Shown: positions 39,576-50,772 of the stretch, piece after piece | How positions within the stretch are numbered: the stretch's first letter is position 1 | Layout of the letters: each line of letters opens with the position of its first letter | Assembly: GCA_027604505.1 (NCBI GenBank) | Contig: JADIIX010000011.1 | Span: 1 to 64,000, forward strand | Length of the DNA stretch: 64,000 bases | Source of the DNA: Gonapodya sp. JEL0774 | Taxonomy: Eukaryota | Direction of reading: 5' to 3' | The notes under the pieces: generated by a model | Databases searched by the model: none | Seen by the model: only the letters and a program-made list of their open reading frames with translations | Told to the model about the DNA's origin: nothing | Translations under genes and position numbers: made by a program

Positions 39576-40518
39576 TCAAGCCTTCTTGGCGCCGAGTCCG
39601 TCGTCCTGGAAAAAGGGACCAGTGCGCGTGAACGCCGCTCCCTGGTGCCTTGTTGCAACATCTGACATGTCAAGCTTTTGGAACTTGGCCTCAATTTCAT
39701 CTCGATAAGAATCAGAGCTGTCCATGGGTCTGTATCCAATGTGCTTGGCGTATACGTTGTCCCAGAAAACTGTCTTGTTGTCCGACATTCCGAAGATGAT
39801 TGAGTGACCAACAATCGGTGCCGTGAGAGCTGCCATAAACAAACGCTCTGCATCATCGTAGCTCATCCAGGTGGCAAGCATGCGGCGGTCGGTCGGTTTT
39901 GGGAAGATCGAGCCGATACGGACAGATACGGTTTCGATTCCGTGCTTGTCCCAGTAGAGCTGGGCCAAGTTCTCCCCAAAAACCTTCGACAGACCGTAGA
40001 AACCGTCGGGTCTAACGGGGTCCCTGCTGTTGATGACCTGGTCCTGGCGGTAGAAACCAACGGTGTGGTTGGAGCTGGCGAACACCACACGTTTAATGCC
40101 ATGATGGCGGATAGCCTCATAAAGGTTAACAAGGCCGGCAATCTAGTAAGCAGTTGCGTAGAGGATAGAATCGGTGATAGATCACGGATAACCCCCCGTC
40201 GAAGGCGAATACAGCTGTCACACTCACATTCCCCTGCAGAATCTCCTCCCAAGTCTTCTCAACAGAAACACCTCCAAGGTGGATAATTGCGTCACAGCCC
40301 TCAACCATTTTGAAAACAGCGGATTTGTCTCCAAGGTTGACGATGACACGTTCCTCACCCTCCCCTGCCGGTGTAAGAGACTCTGAAATGTCGCTCACTC
40401 GAAGAACATCACAATAAGCTTTCAACCGAGGGCGAAGTTGTGTCCCCACACCGCCAGCTGCACCGGTGAGGAGAATTCGATGGAATCGGATGGTTGTTAC
40501 TGGTTTCTGGTTAGTCAT
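39576..40518 (-). CDS. udh: Uronate dehydrogenase (NAD-dependent extended SDR), 2 exons
   Basis: One intron at 40143-40227 (GTGAGT..CTAG). The joined protein has RILLTGAAGGVG, LRVSDI, HLGGVSVE, KRVVFASSNH.VGFY, RPDGFYGLSK (YxxxK), GIETVSVRIGS, DRRMLATW.SYDD, WDN and QGAAF..GPF, collinear with Pseudomonas-type Udh as I recall it. Confidence 0.88.
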
Positions 40519-41232
40519 GGTGAAGGGAACTCTGGCGGTGAGTCAAAGATAAACGGACACAGAAAGTGGATGAACTAGTTGAGAGAGCTGGACAAGCTTT
40601 CAGTTCACTGAGGGTTTGGTGGGAGTTAATCAATCGCGGTGATTTATGTATAAAGATTTGCAGGTGATCAGGGTTTGAGGAGTTGTTGACCCATTTCCGG
40701 CGAATAAGTGACAGGGAACGTGATTCACAAGGCATAACAAGCATGACTACGATTTAATTTAATCATTAGATAAAAGAAGTTCTTGCTACGTGCATCCTGC
40801 CCACGAATTTATTTTCACTTCGCACCAAGACTGCGCGGCAAATAATCCATACCATGCAAAAGAGCCGAAACCCAGAAAAACCGCCGCGTAGCCAACTCTA
40901 TCATATAAAAGTAATTACATTCCATAAACAATCGTTCATATCCACTAGTGTCCTATTGGATGGGCAATCGGACGGTCAGCAGCAAAGTCTTCTTCCGCAC
41001 TGCACTTTTAATAATGTCAAAAGAGTGAGTGGTCCTTGTATGTCATATATTAAGCTGCGCAAAATAGCAGGGAAGTCCCCCTATCCACAAGAAAGCCGTC
41101 TAGAAAAGTAAACAAAACTAGGAAAAGAAACGAACGTGGTCGCGTCTCACACACAGAAAGTGGTGTGCAATCCTCCATCTTTATACTATCATCGAAAAAT
41201 TCCGTGCAACGTTACTGACCACGACAACAAAC

Positions 41233-43929
41233 TCAAATTTTTGACCGAATACTGTGATCGGAAGGGTACGTCGAGTCCGTTCTGAGCATGAGCTTGGGTA
41301 GATCGGTATCCAGGAGCTAGAGAACCAAAGGCGGTAAGAGCGCTCCACTTCCCGACCTCCCCATTCAAAACGCAAACATTATTAACCACAACATCTCACC
41401 TCTTCCACCCTAGCCACAAGTTTTTTGTCGATTTTGCCAACTTTTCCGACATCCACTCCCTGGAGCCTCCTCCTCAGTTCTGTGACATCCGGCAACTCCC
41501 CTTCAGGTATCTCATACACCCTGCACACGTCCGCAATGTGTTTGTCGAGATTAGTGAGAAGTTTGAGGTAAGAAGCACGGGAGGCGAATAGGGGTAGTCG
41601 CGCTCGTAGATGAATGAACAGGAGGGCATGGGCCTGGAAGGGAATGTGACCAGTGTTGCGGGATACGTGCGAGATAATGATATGTATGTCCAAGTAAATC
41701 GGAATCTCGCTCAACATTGGCTATCCTTCCATCGTCAATTGCACTCACCCTCGCAGTCCTTGCCTTGCGAACCATTTCGTTTACTTTTCGCACGAGCGAG
41801 CTCGATGGCAGGTCTCCGAGATCACGCATAAGCGCCGAGTTCTCACGGCGAAGCAAATCTGCCATGTCGCGGATCTAGGTGAGAAGAGGTTAGGGACGGA
41901 CTATAGGAGAGACGGAGAATCACACAAGAGGACAATAATTCGCGTTGCACTCTCCGCTGCCCTTCGTATTTTCGTAGAAATAATCCCACTCTCGGAAACT
42001 TTCGCAGATAAAGCTCCTAGCAACAACACGCACCCGGTATTTCCTCTCCCAGAAACTCCCCACATAAACTCTCACAACCTCGGGACTCTTGAACACTCGT
42101 GCGAGACTCCACATAAGTGCACCATAACATCTATGCAATGGGGCGAGGAGGCCCCAGATTTGAGGGAAGCCGTCGGTTAAGGTATGGTCTTTCCAGACAC
42201 CAACTCGGGGCATACCTCATTAGATCTTCCCCTGTGACCATATCCGCCTTATTTAACACCACTCGACATTTTTCTTCGTTGCCCATGCCTCCAACCACCT
42301 CCGCTAACTCCTCCCCGACGTCCAACCTGTTGGCGTCAAAGAAAACAAGCACTGTATCTGCACGGTCCGCGAACCAGCGAGAAACGGCCGGCAGAGAGTA
42401 TGCACGGCGTGAAGATGGCAAGGAGAGGATACCAGGAGTGTCGATGAGTGTCAGGTGGCTGAGCGTGGGATGCGGGAGTTGGGAGACTTTGAAGCGACTA
42501 AGGAGTGAATTGGTGTTTAGGTGTGAGCGGTGTGATAATGACTGTCTCGTTATCACATCGAAAACTACACGAGTCTGACTTCATTTTCGTTCTCGAACCG
42601 TGGCCTGAGGCTCACAACAACTCACTTCAGGAAGTTCGCCCCGAAACGGGCAAGCCCTTTAAACGGCATACCTTCCGCCACGCAAGCGGCATCTCCGGGT
42701 ATCACTCGTTCGTCAGGTCCGTGCATAACTGCTACGAAGGAATCGGTCTGATAATAGAGTGGGATTGGTAGGGAATGATAGTGGTGCGTGACGGATTTAG
42801 GTGAAAGCAGACCAGCAGTTGAGACTCACAGTAGGCTCTGGTCCAATAAAGGAGCCGGGGTACTCGCGACCGAGGAGGTGCTTGATCTGGAGCGGTTCGG
42901 AGGAGCATTTTTGTTGCGTTGTCAGTGAGGTGTGCAACGACCGTCTGTCTGTCCACCCACGCCAATAAAAGTCACTAGGATCACAAATCCTCGAGGAGTT
43001 GTTTTCAAGAATGCACCTTCCACTCGTTCTCCACGCGAATCGCGAGGTGCCAAGTCAATTCGGTCACAGTTTCATTTTGCAATTGAAACCGACCGCCCCT
43101 TTGACTCATCAGAACATCCGATCCAATTGCGGCGTTTCAAATTTCAAAAATCGCGGAGTCCAAAGTAACTCACGAATGTCGTCTTCCCCACTGAGTACTG
43201 ACCCAGTACAACGACCATTGGGACTGACACGACATCCGCGTCGGACCATGGCTGAACGACCTGCCCCGGTCCACCATCATACACACGACCAGTGTTCCCT
43301 GTTTGGACGTGTCCGTCAGCCAAGATGGACTCAAGGGGACGTAGTTTAGTCCTGTTGAGGCGGGCAAGGTGAGCCAGGAGTTCGGCCCGATGGATGGTAG
43401 ATGATGGAGGCGGCAAGGGCAGTGGGAGTCCTGGGGCTTTCGGAGGACTTGAATGGCGCGGAGCAGTGCTGGTTGCAGTTGATGAAACTGGTAAAGGCTC
43501 TGTGGTTGCTTTTGATGTGGTAGCCGATTTCGTGGATACGGGAGGTGCAGACGCCTTCACAGGAGGCGGGGGAGAAGTAGGAGATGGAGGCTGTGCAGGT
43601 GTTTCAGATGCCCTGAATGGAGCATGTTGAGGTTTATCCGTGTCGTCATTTGTGTCATTTGTGCTTCCGACGCTGGGACTATCCACATCAGCATCCTCGT
43701 CTATGCTGGGCCTTTTCAGATGATTGTCACCGAGCGAGAAAGTGTTATTACAGCGATAAGATTAAGACAAAATCTCCAATTAAAGTGTCAATACAGGAGT
43801 TCGAACCCACCCTTCCCTCTCTTCCTCGCCGTCCTTTTCCTCGTTCTCTTGTCCGTCTTTCTCATCTTCAACCTCTTCCTCCTCACCTTCGGCGCCCGTA
43901 CTGGTTTCGTAATCGTCCTCGGTGTCCAT
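41233..43929 (-). CDS. EHD/sarcalumenin-family dynamin-like ATPase, apparently without an EH domain
   Basis: PMVVVLGQYSVGKTTF (P-loop); LIDTPGILS; WFADRAD.VLVFFDA; VVLNKAD; YGALMWSLARVFKSPEVVRVYVGSFW; RKVNEMVRKAR; ends LLDTDLPKLM...SKI*. Acidic exon 1 (43929-43807) joins exon 2 in phase 2. Confidence 0.88.
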
Positions 43930-44421
43930 TTTGAGTGTGTTGAGTGGCAGCCGTGACAACTGTTTGCCCGATCGAGTGATATGATCGATGACACTGATAG
44001 ATGGTGATATCCGTGACAAGAAACGAGAAGTCGTAACTAGAATTCCAGCCCAAATCACGTGTAATAGCGTATCACGCTCTGCTCTCCGGAAGAATTATTT
44101 GCGATAAGCGCGGAGTGTCCGCAGATTTTTCCGATCCTTTCTGCGATGCAAATTGCTACATGTTCACTTTCTTTTCTGGTTGGTACTCTTTCTCCAGGCA
44201 TGTTTGTTTTATACTCTACACTATGAGAATGTATTAGTTTCCTTTGACACCGATATTTAATCTTATTGGAATGCAAAAATTCACTATGGTTTTTTGTCGT
44301 CGCGAGCGGATGTCGCGGGCTTCTCTGTTGTTCGTGTTTAAAGAGGGCGACGGACTTGCTGATTTCAGAGCAGGTTTTTCGTTATTGAACACTGCAACAT
44401 ATCTCACTATAGCATCGCCCA

Positions 44422-45231
44422 ATGTCCGCCAGCGATATCTTAGGCCCATCTACGTCGACTGTTCATCGCATCCGGCCAGGGCAGGTCCCGTCTCAGCAAA
44501 CGGCAGACGGGCAAATTGGGGACTCTCATATGAAACAGCGCATGGTAGAGGCGCCGCAGGTTCCCCTGTGAGAATTAAATCCACTCGGCTCGAGTATGAA
44601 TGATGGGACAGGAATGCTGAGCTCGCCTGGCTCGAGTCTCCGTTTGGTCAGTCCCATCGGGTACGGTTATCAACCACGTTTCCCTCCACACAATCGACGA
44701 CTCGTAGCTCCACCCTCCTGAAACTCCTCACATTCACTTTCCTCATGTTCACACTTCCCATCTATTCGTACTTTTGGTCTCGCGACAAATTGTGGGATGG
44801 TGGGTACAATGTCGTCTTTATCGACAGGTGTTCACCACAATGGGAACAGAGGAAGAGGAATAACAACCTCTCGGATTGAGGACTACCTCTCTGTCTATGG
44901 CATTACCGAGGTGTGATTGGTCTGTCCATGCAATATGACTTGGGACCGCACTCCGTGGACTTAAGTCGATCATTCGTCCCAAATCGTGAACGGATTTCCG
45001 GTCTGTCCGAAAGCTCTCATCCTTTGTTCCAACATTCCCCACATAATGCATACCTTCTCACCTTCCTTGCCACCCTGTTTTGTGGTAGGTAACCTCACTT
45101 ACGCAGCGCTCACTGCTGCCCTGGTTGCCAACCTTGTCGTGGTGGGATACGTGGTGGTGGCCTTTTTGGAGCCCATCGACGCGGACATGGCTGTGGAGCA
45201 GAGAGATAGAGAGAGAAGGAAGCGGGAGTAA
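44422..45231 (+). CDS. VMA21: V-ATPase assembly factor Vma21, 3 exons
   Basis: Exons ~44422-44567, 44708-44799 and 45089-45231 give PQVPLSTLLKLLTFTFLMFTLPIYSYF...GNLTYAALTAALVANLVVVGYVVVAFLE. Two TM helices and a dibasic C-terminus (RRKRE). Confidence 0.9.
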
Positions 45232-46186
45232 TGTTGCAGTGGGAAGACAAACTTCGAGAGTGAGCACAGAGTAGGCGCATAAATTGCTTTTGGACTTTGG
45301 CTTGATTGGAGCGGTGTGCTTTTTGCGCAAAAATGTCAATTGTGGCTTTGTACAATCCAAAATGACTAAGAACCAGAAACCCAAAATGCACAATGAGTTC
45401 ATAAGTGCACACGTCGAGGCTGCCTCACAGAACATGAACAGGTATTAACGGCGAAATCTTCGCCTTTTGCTTTAATCCATCATAGCAATACTGATTTGGT
45501 TGTTTGAGGATTTGCGTTGAAAGCGGGGGCGTTTACTGTGATGAGAGGAGGGCGCCGTTCCACACGGACCTTTCATTTTGACATTAGGAGCCCGATGCGG
45601 TGGTGGCTTCCACTCCACCACACCAACCCCTTCTCATCCACGCAATATGTGACCCTTAATTTCTGAAACGGAAGTCGTCTGTTAATTGTACGGTAGTTTT
45701 TCTTGCAACTTATGAGTTGGTGGTAAAGGTGGAGAGGTTTCGTCGGTCGTGAGATTTTCCAGTTTTAGGACGGTAGACTAGTCTACGATATATTAGCAAA
45801 TCACACGTCTCTAGTTCACTTGGGGAGAACGTTGATGTTAACTGTATTGACAGAAACGAAGGGGTTCTTCCACCTGCAAAGACCACAAAGTAGAGTCGCA
45901 CATGATGCTCGTTGGATAAGTTAGCTAGTACTATGAAAAGACAAATCCTCGAATCCCCTGTCTTCTATTACAGAATGCGTTCGCCCCCTCAATGAATTTG
46001 CCTTTAATTAAAGTTCTGGGCGGCAAGGTGTACCCCCGAGATCACTCCTTTGCCGCCGATGCGGTCAGGTGTGGGCGTCCCGGCAAATCAATATAAAGCT
46101 CATAGATTGAATCGATCCCGCCACTTCCCTCCATTCTCCAAACCAGTTTACTTCCTGGCTCCCATCCTTCCTCTCCACTGTACACT

Positions 46187-48688
46187 ATGCGAACATCATC
46201 TTTTGGAAGTCTCGCGCTGGTCGCGGGAGTGCTTCTCTCAATCCCCCACGCGTTGGCGCACACGTTCATTTTCGGTGTGAACACCGCTGCAAAGAAGAAC
46301 ACACAATGCGGTGAGCTGTCCTCTGCAAACAGCGACCATCAAATCGCAGGACGGCCGTCTGAACCAGATGACTTTGTTTCAGTCCGATCCACTACCAATC
46401 CAGCTGGAGGTTTTCGAAACTCCCCAATAAAGGACCTCAATTCTGATAGCATGGTACGTCACGATCTTGGAATAGACGCTCTTTTGTGAGCTCTGACCTC
46501 TATTCTTCCTAGATCTGTGGGTTCGTTCCCACTGGTGCACCTGCCGAAGTATGCAACGTCAAGGCCGGAGAGACCATTGAGATGGTACGTGCTCGACTTA
46601 CCTCAATCGAGTTCTTACTGCGGCCAGTTTCTTAAACTGACGAATGTTTCGTTGACATGCAGATTTATGGTCACAATACTGCGGGAGACGACATCATTGA
46701 TCCGTCCCACGTTGGTCCTTGTGAGGTTTACCTCCAGCAAATTGCCGCTGCCGGTGCCGCTCCTGCGAAAGCCGGATGGTTCAAAATTCAGGAGGAGACC
46801 TGGACTGCTGCAACCGGGGTTAGCTTCTGTTTTTGTGCTCCTTGCTCGCTTCTGTTTCTCTGTTTTAATCCTTCGTTGTCTACAGTGGTGCACCATCCAC
46901 TTAATCGCCCAAAAAGGTCTTTTGAAGGTTACACTTCCTGCGAACTTGCCTTCCGGAAACTACCTCCTTCGTACCGAAATCAACGCCCTTCACGAAGCGG
47001 ACGCCTTGGTCTCAGCCAATCCCGCCCGTGGAGCCCAATTCTACGTCCAGTGTGCTGAGATTTCGGTAACGGGTGGCGCGGCGGGTGCCGTTAGTGCCTC
47101 CCCAATGGTGACCATTCCTGGTCATCTCACCCCTGCGACTCCGGGTGTTCAGTTCAACATTTATACTGGCGGTAGTATTCTGGACAAGGGCAACACATAC
47201 CCCAACCCATTCGGACCTGCTGTGGCTACTATTGGTGAGCATTGATCGCTATCCAAATTTCTCTGGATGCTTTTGAGCTCGCAGGGCTAAACTCTTCTTT
47301 GTTCAGGTGGAGCTGCTGGCGGTACTCCCGCCCCCACTCCGGCCCCCGCCCCAACTCCGGCCCCGACTCCGGCCCCAACACCTGCCCCAACACCTGCCCC
47401 AACACCTGCCCCAACACCCGCCCCAACACCCGCCCCAACACCTGCCCCGACACCCGCCCCAGCTCCTGTCCCAGTTCCAGCGCCGGCCCCGGTGAACGGC
47501 GCACCCGTTTACGACTTCGCTTGGGACATATCGGCCTGCTATCCGAGCGGTACCGGACAAAACATTTTCCAACTGAACATTGCTGCCTCCGTGAACGGGG
47601 AGCAACCAGCAGCTGATGCCAATGGGTGCGTGCGGATATCATCTGCGCGTGTGCCTGTCGATTCTCGCTCAATTCTTGTTCTTTCCCCAATGCAGTGGTC
47701 TCGCTTCTCTCGCGATCACATTCCCGGGGTTGGCAAGCATTGGCATATCCAACACCTGGGCGGCTGCTAACTCGAGGGCTAATGGCAACACGTGGTTGTT
47801 CAACACGATCGACGATGGCCCCAACATTGGTGGACAGTTCCTCCTTCCTGCTGGTGTTGCCTGCAATGGCGCAGTTCCTGTGATTGTCCCCGAACTCACC
47901 ATGACTGGGCAGTTGTTGTCGGGAGGCGCTATCACCCCGAAGATTCACCGAAAGCCAACGTTCACGGCCACTTGTGAGTACTAGGCGCTCAACTTGTACG
48001 TCTAAGCAGAAAACTAATCGTTTCATTGTTTTTCACACTTGCGCGACCTTGACAGCGACCGCTGCTGCTGGTGGGAACCAGGGCGCAACAGTTCCCGCTC
48101 CCGCTCCCGTTCCCGCTCCGGCCCCTGCTACGGGTACCCCTGCTGCCGGTGGCACCGCACCAAACTATGTTGTTAAGGCGACCACTGGTGGGTGCTGGGG
48201 CACCGGTCCGACCTCGTTTGTCCTCAACTTGATGATTTCGGTGGTGGGTATATATGTCTTGTGTGACTTTTGTCGAGTCGAAGGTTTTATTCAATATTTG
48301 TACCGTCCAATACGTTCCAATATCTTTTCCCCAGAACGGACAACAGCCTGCTGGGGACGCCAACGGGTGAGCAAGTGTAGTGTTCGCAACTATCCGCTCT
48401 CCTTGGTTCATTTATACGTTTTGGTGCTCTCGATATAGTGGTCTCGCTGCCCTGCAACTTACCTTCGGCGGAGCTACTGACATTGCTCTGGCTCAATCGT
48501 GGAATGCAAAAAATGTTAAGACAGCCGGCAATGTTTTCTCTTTCGAGACGGCGGACGACCAGCCCAACGTTGGAGGAATTTTCACCAGCAACAGCCTGCA
48601 ATGTGTGCAAGGGAAACTCGCGCCTATTACATTCACGCTGGCGGGTCAACTCCTCTCGGGAGGTGCAATCAACCCCTCTGTAGTGTAA
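46187..48688 (+). CDS. AA9 lytic polysaccharide monooxygenase, PAPT linker and 2 copies of the unrecognised ~125-aa module
   Basis: Signal peptide ending HALA followed by H1 (HTFIFG). Then [20 protein letters not shown] (second His); [31 protein letters not shown] (QxY); [15 protein letters not shown]. No CBM1 recognised. Confidence 0.93.
47325..47490 (+). repeat. 12-bp coding minisatellite (cccaacacctgc-like) encoding the PAPT linker
   Basis: Tandem ccccaacacctg/ccccaacacccg units read TPAPTPAP in the AA9 frame. Confidence 0.9.
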
Positions 48689-49042
48689 GGGAAACAGATG
48701 TACTGTACTTATTTCGTGCGGGTCACGAGTAGATTTATTTATGCACAACATGATTGCATTCACCGCCCCACTCATGGTTTGTGACTACTGCATTCAGAAT
48801 TTCGAAACCGATTTAGAAGGGGATTGCACGTGATAGGGAACATCGAAGTGAGGTTCATCCAGTTCACCATCATCGTCACCAGGTCCACCCTCCCATTTCA
48901 ATTAAAATCTCCTCCCCCAAACCTGTCTCCCCCTTCACTCCCATTTTTCGTCGCTCAAACACCTTATTTAATCACCTTCATCCTGGAAACTTGATTCCAT
49001 ATCGCACAACCTTCTTCCGCAATAAAGTGAACCACGAAGAAA

Positions 49043-49938
49043 ATGGATTCATCTCACCCCCGTCTGGATCTAGAAACCCTTTCGGATCCCGAGTCTTAGT
49101 TCGTGTTTGAGAATGAATTTTACCTCTGATTTCTTTCCTTTGATCTTATCTCTATCTCTTGTTCTCCTTAGCTTTGCCGCAATCGGCCGTGAGCAGGGAT
49201 TTCCAGTCGGTCGCGCACTGGGGTATCTCGAAGGTGCCCGCCTGGGTAGGATGTATGCTTATGCGGTGGGCAAGGAGGCAGGATATTATGCAGGAGTTGC
49301 GACTGCCCTGAAAACCTTGGAGCAGGACTACCCAGGAGTTATTGGTCCCAGGTTTGTACTCAATAAGTGCATCTGGATCAGTAATCTGGATCAGTATGGT
49401 TGCGCTGGATCTCTTTCGGAGATGGCTGCTGAGCATGGCCAGTGGAGTCGATTATACGAGCCAAGGACACCTCACTCCCTTTCATCATTAAAACTGCATC
49501 TGCCACTCTGCTTACCACCTAACCGGTCACTTTCTCTACATCCCCTCCACCAGGCCATCCAGAACCGTCTTCTTGCTAAACACACTCGCTGCCAACTTCC
49601 CAATCAGGAACCCTGTCCCCGCCTCTCGCCTGGCTCGTCCGGACTCCCCTTCGTCCGATACAGAGGCTGGTGATTTTCACGATGACGATTCCGAAAGTCC
49701 GGACTCCTCTGATCCTATGGATTCCTTAAGAGCGCTGAGGGCCCGATATCGACTCTTGCTGGCCCAGCTGCAGTCCTCGGGACCCATGAACCGGACTTCG
49801 CAAACGGCTGGCGCTGAAGTCGAGTCTACTGTGGGCATGCTGGTTGATAGTGTGTCGATTGCGGCCCTCAAATATGACGTCGGAACCCCGGGTGGACCAG
49901 GTGCTGGTGCTGGTACTGGTGCATCAATGGGCTTCTGA
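49043..49938 (+). CDS. LTO1: LTO1/ORAOV1-like (Yae1_N, deca-GX3) Fe-S maturation adaptor
   Basis: GREQGFPVGRALGYLEGARLGRMYAYAVGKEAGYYAG (GX3 repeat); L...FP.RN; LRALRARYR. Confidence 0.75.
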
Positions 49939-50772
49939 GCCAGCGAGTCTGGTGTCGTGGTGGATATCTGCAGTGCGAGGAAGTGCGAAGGTGGGATGCG
50001 TCGATCTACAAGGCGAAGAAAGAAACTCGGGTGCTGCTACCTTCTTCTTCCAAGGTAAGCTCTTTTGTGTATCCATCACCCAAGAACTTTTGCATCTTGG
50101 GGACCAATAAACTGACAGAACACCGAAGTCTTTTGCATCATCGGGGCGAAGAAAATCACACAAAGGGTACAATCACCCAAGGTTCTGATACAGCTTCATC
50201 GACAAGATACATTATCATCACCTATCTTTCGCCGCCCTCCGATTGTCCTCTGAATATCCTCGTGTTCTACTTTCCCTTCCCCGTCTCCATCTAACCGGCA
50301 TTGACTGGCCCCGCTCCCCCCCCCCATCCCCATTTCTCCAATCCTCTCCCTCCAGTGGAATTGCGCGATCGGACTCCTCATTGACTACCAGCCGCCCTAC
50401 AGGGTATAGTTCCCAACACGCGATGCTCGATATGTGGTTCATGTCATGGTGTTTAGAGCTGGTGTGGTAGTGTGGTCGAGGTGCGGTTGTGAACTGGATG
50501 TCCGAGGGATCCCCCCCACAAACCGCACAAACAGTCACACAACACATTCCTACGAAGTGAAAATGTCTTACATAATATACATTACGGAGATATATTTCTG
50601 AATTATTACGCACTTTCATCGCTTGAAGTCTGGACAGAATGTTCTACGTCCCCTGCCGTTTTTTAAGTGGTTACTGTTCCCGCTACGGTTGCAACTAGGT
50701 ACGTACTTGGCCATAAGCACGATGTCCTGACTCGCCCGCCCCTTCCCGATGGACTTGCGCCAAACCATTGAT

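Noticed and set aside
47229..48026. ORFs with CPNT, GRCW, PQHL or GQVL repeats
   Set aside because: These are alternative-frame or antisense readings of the 12-bp PAPT linker repeat of the AA9 gene.
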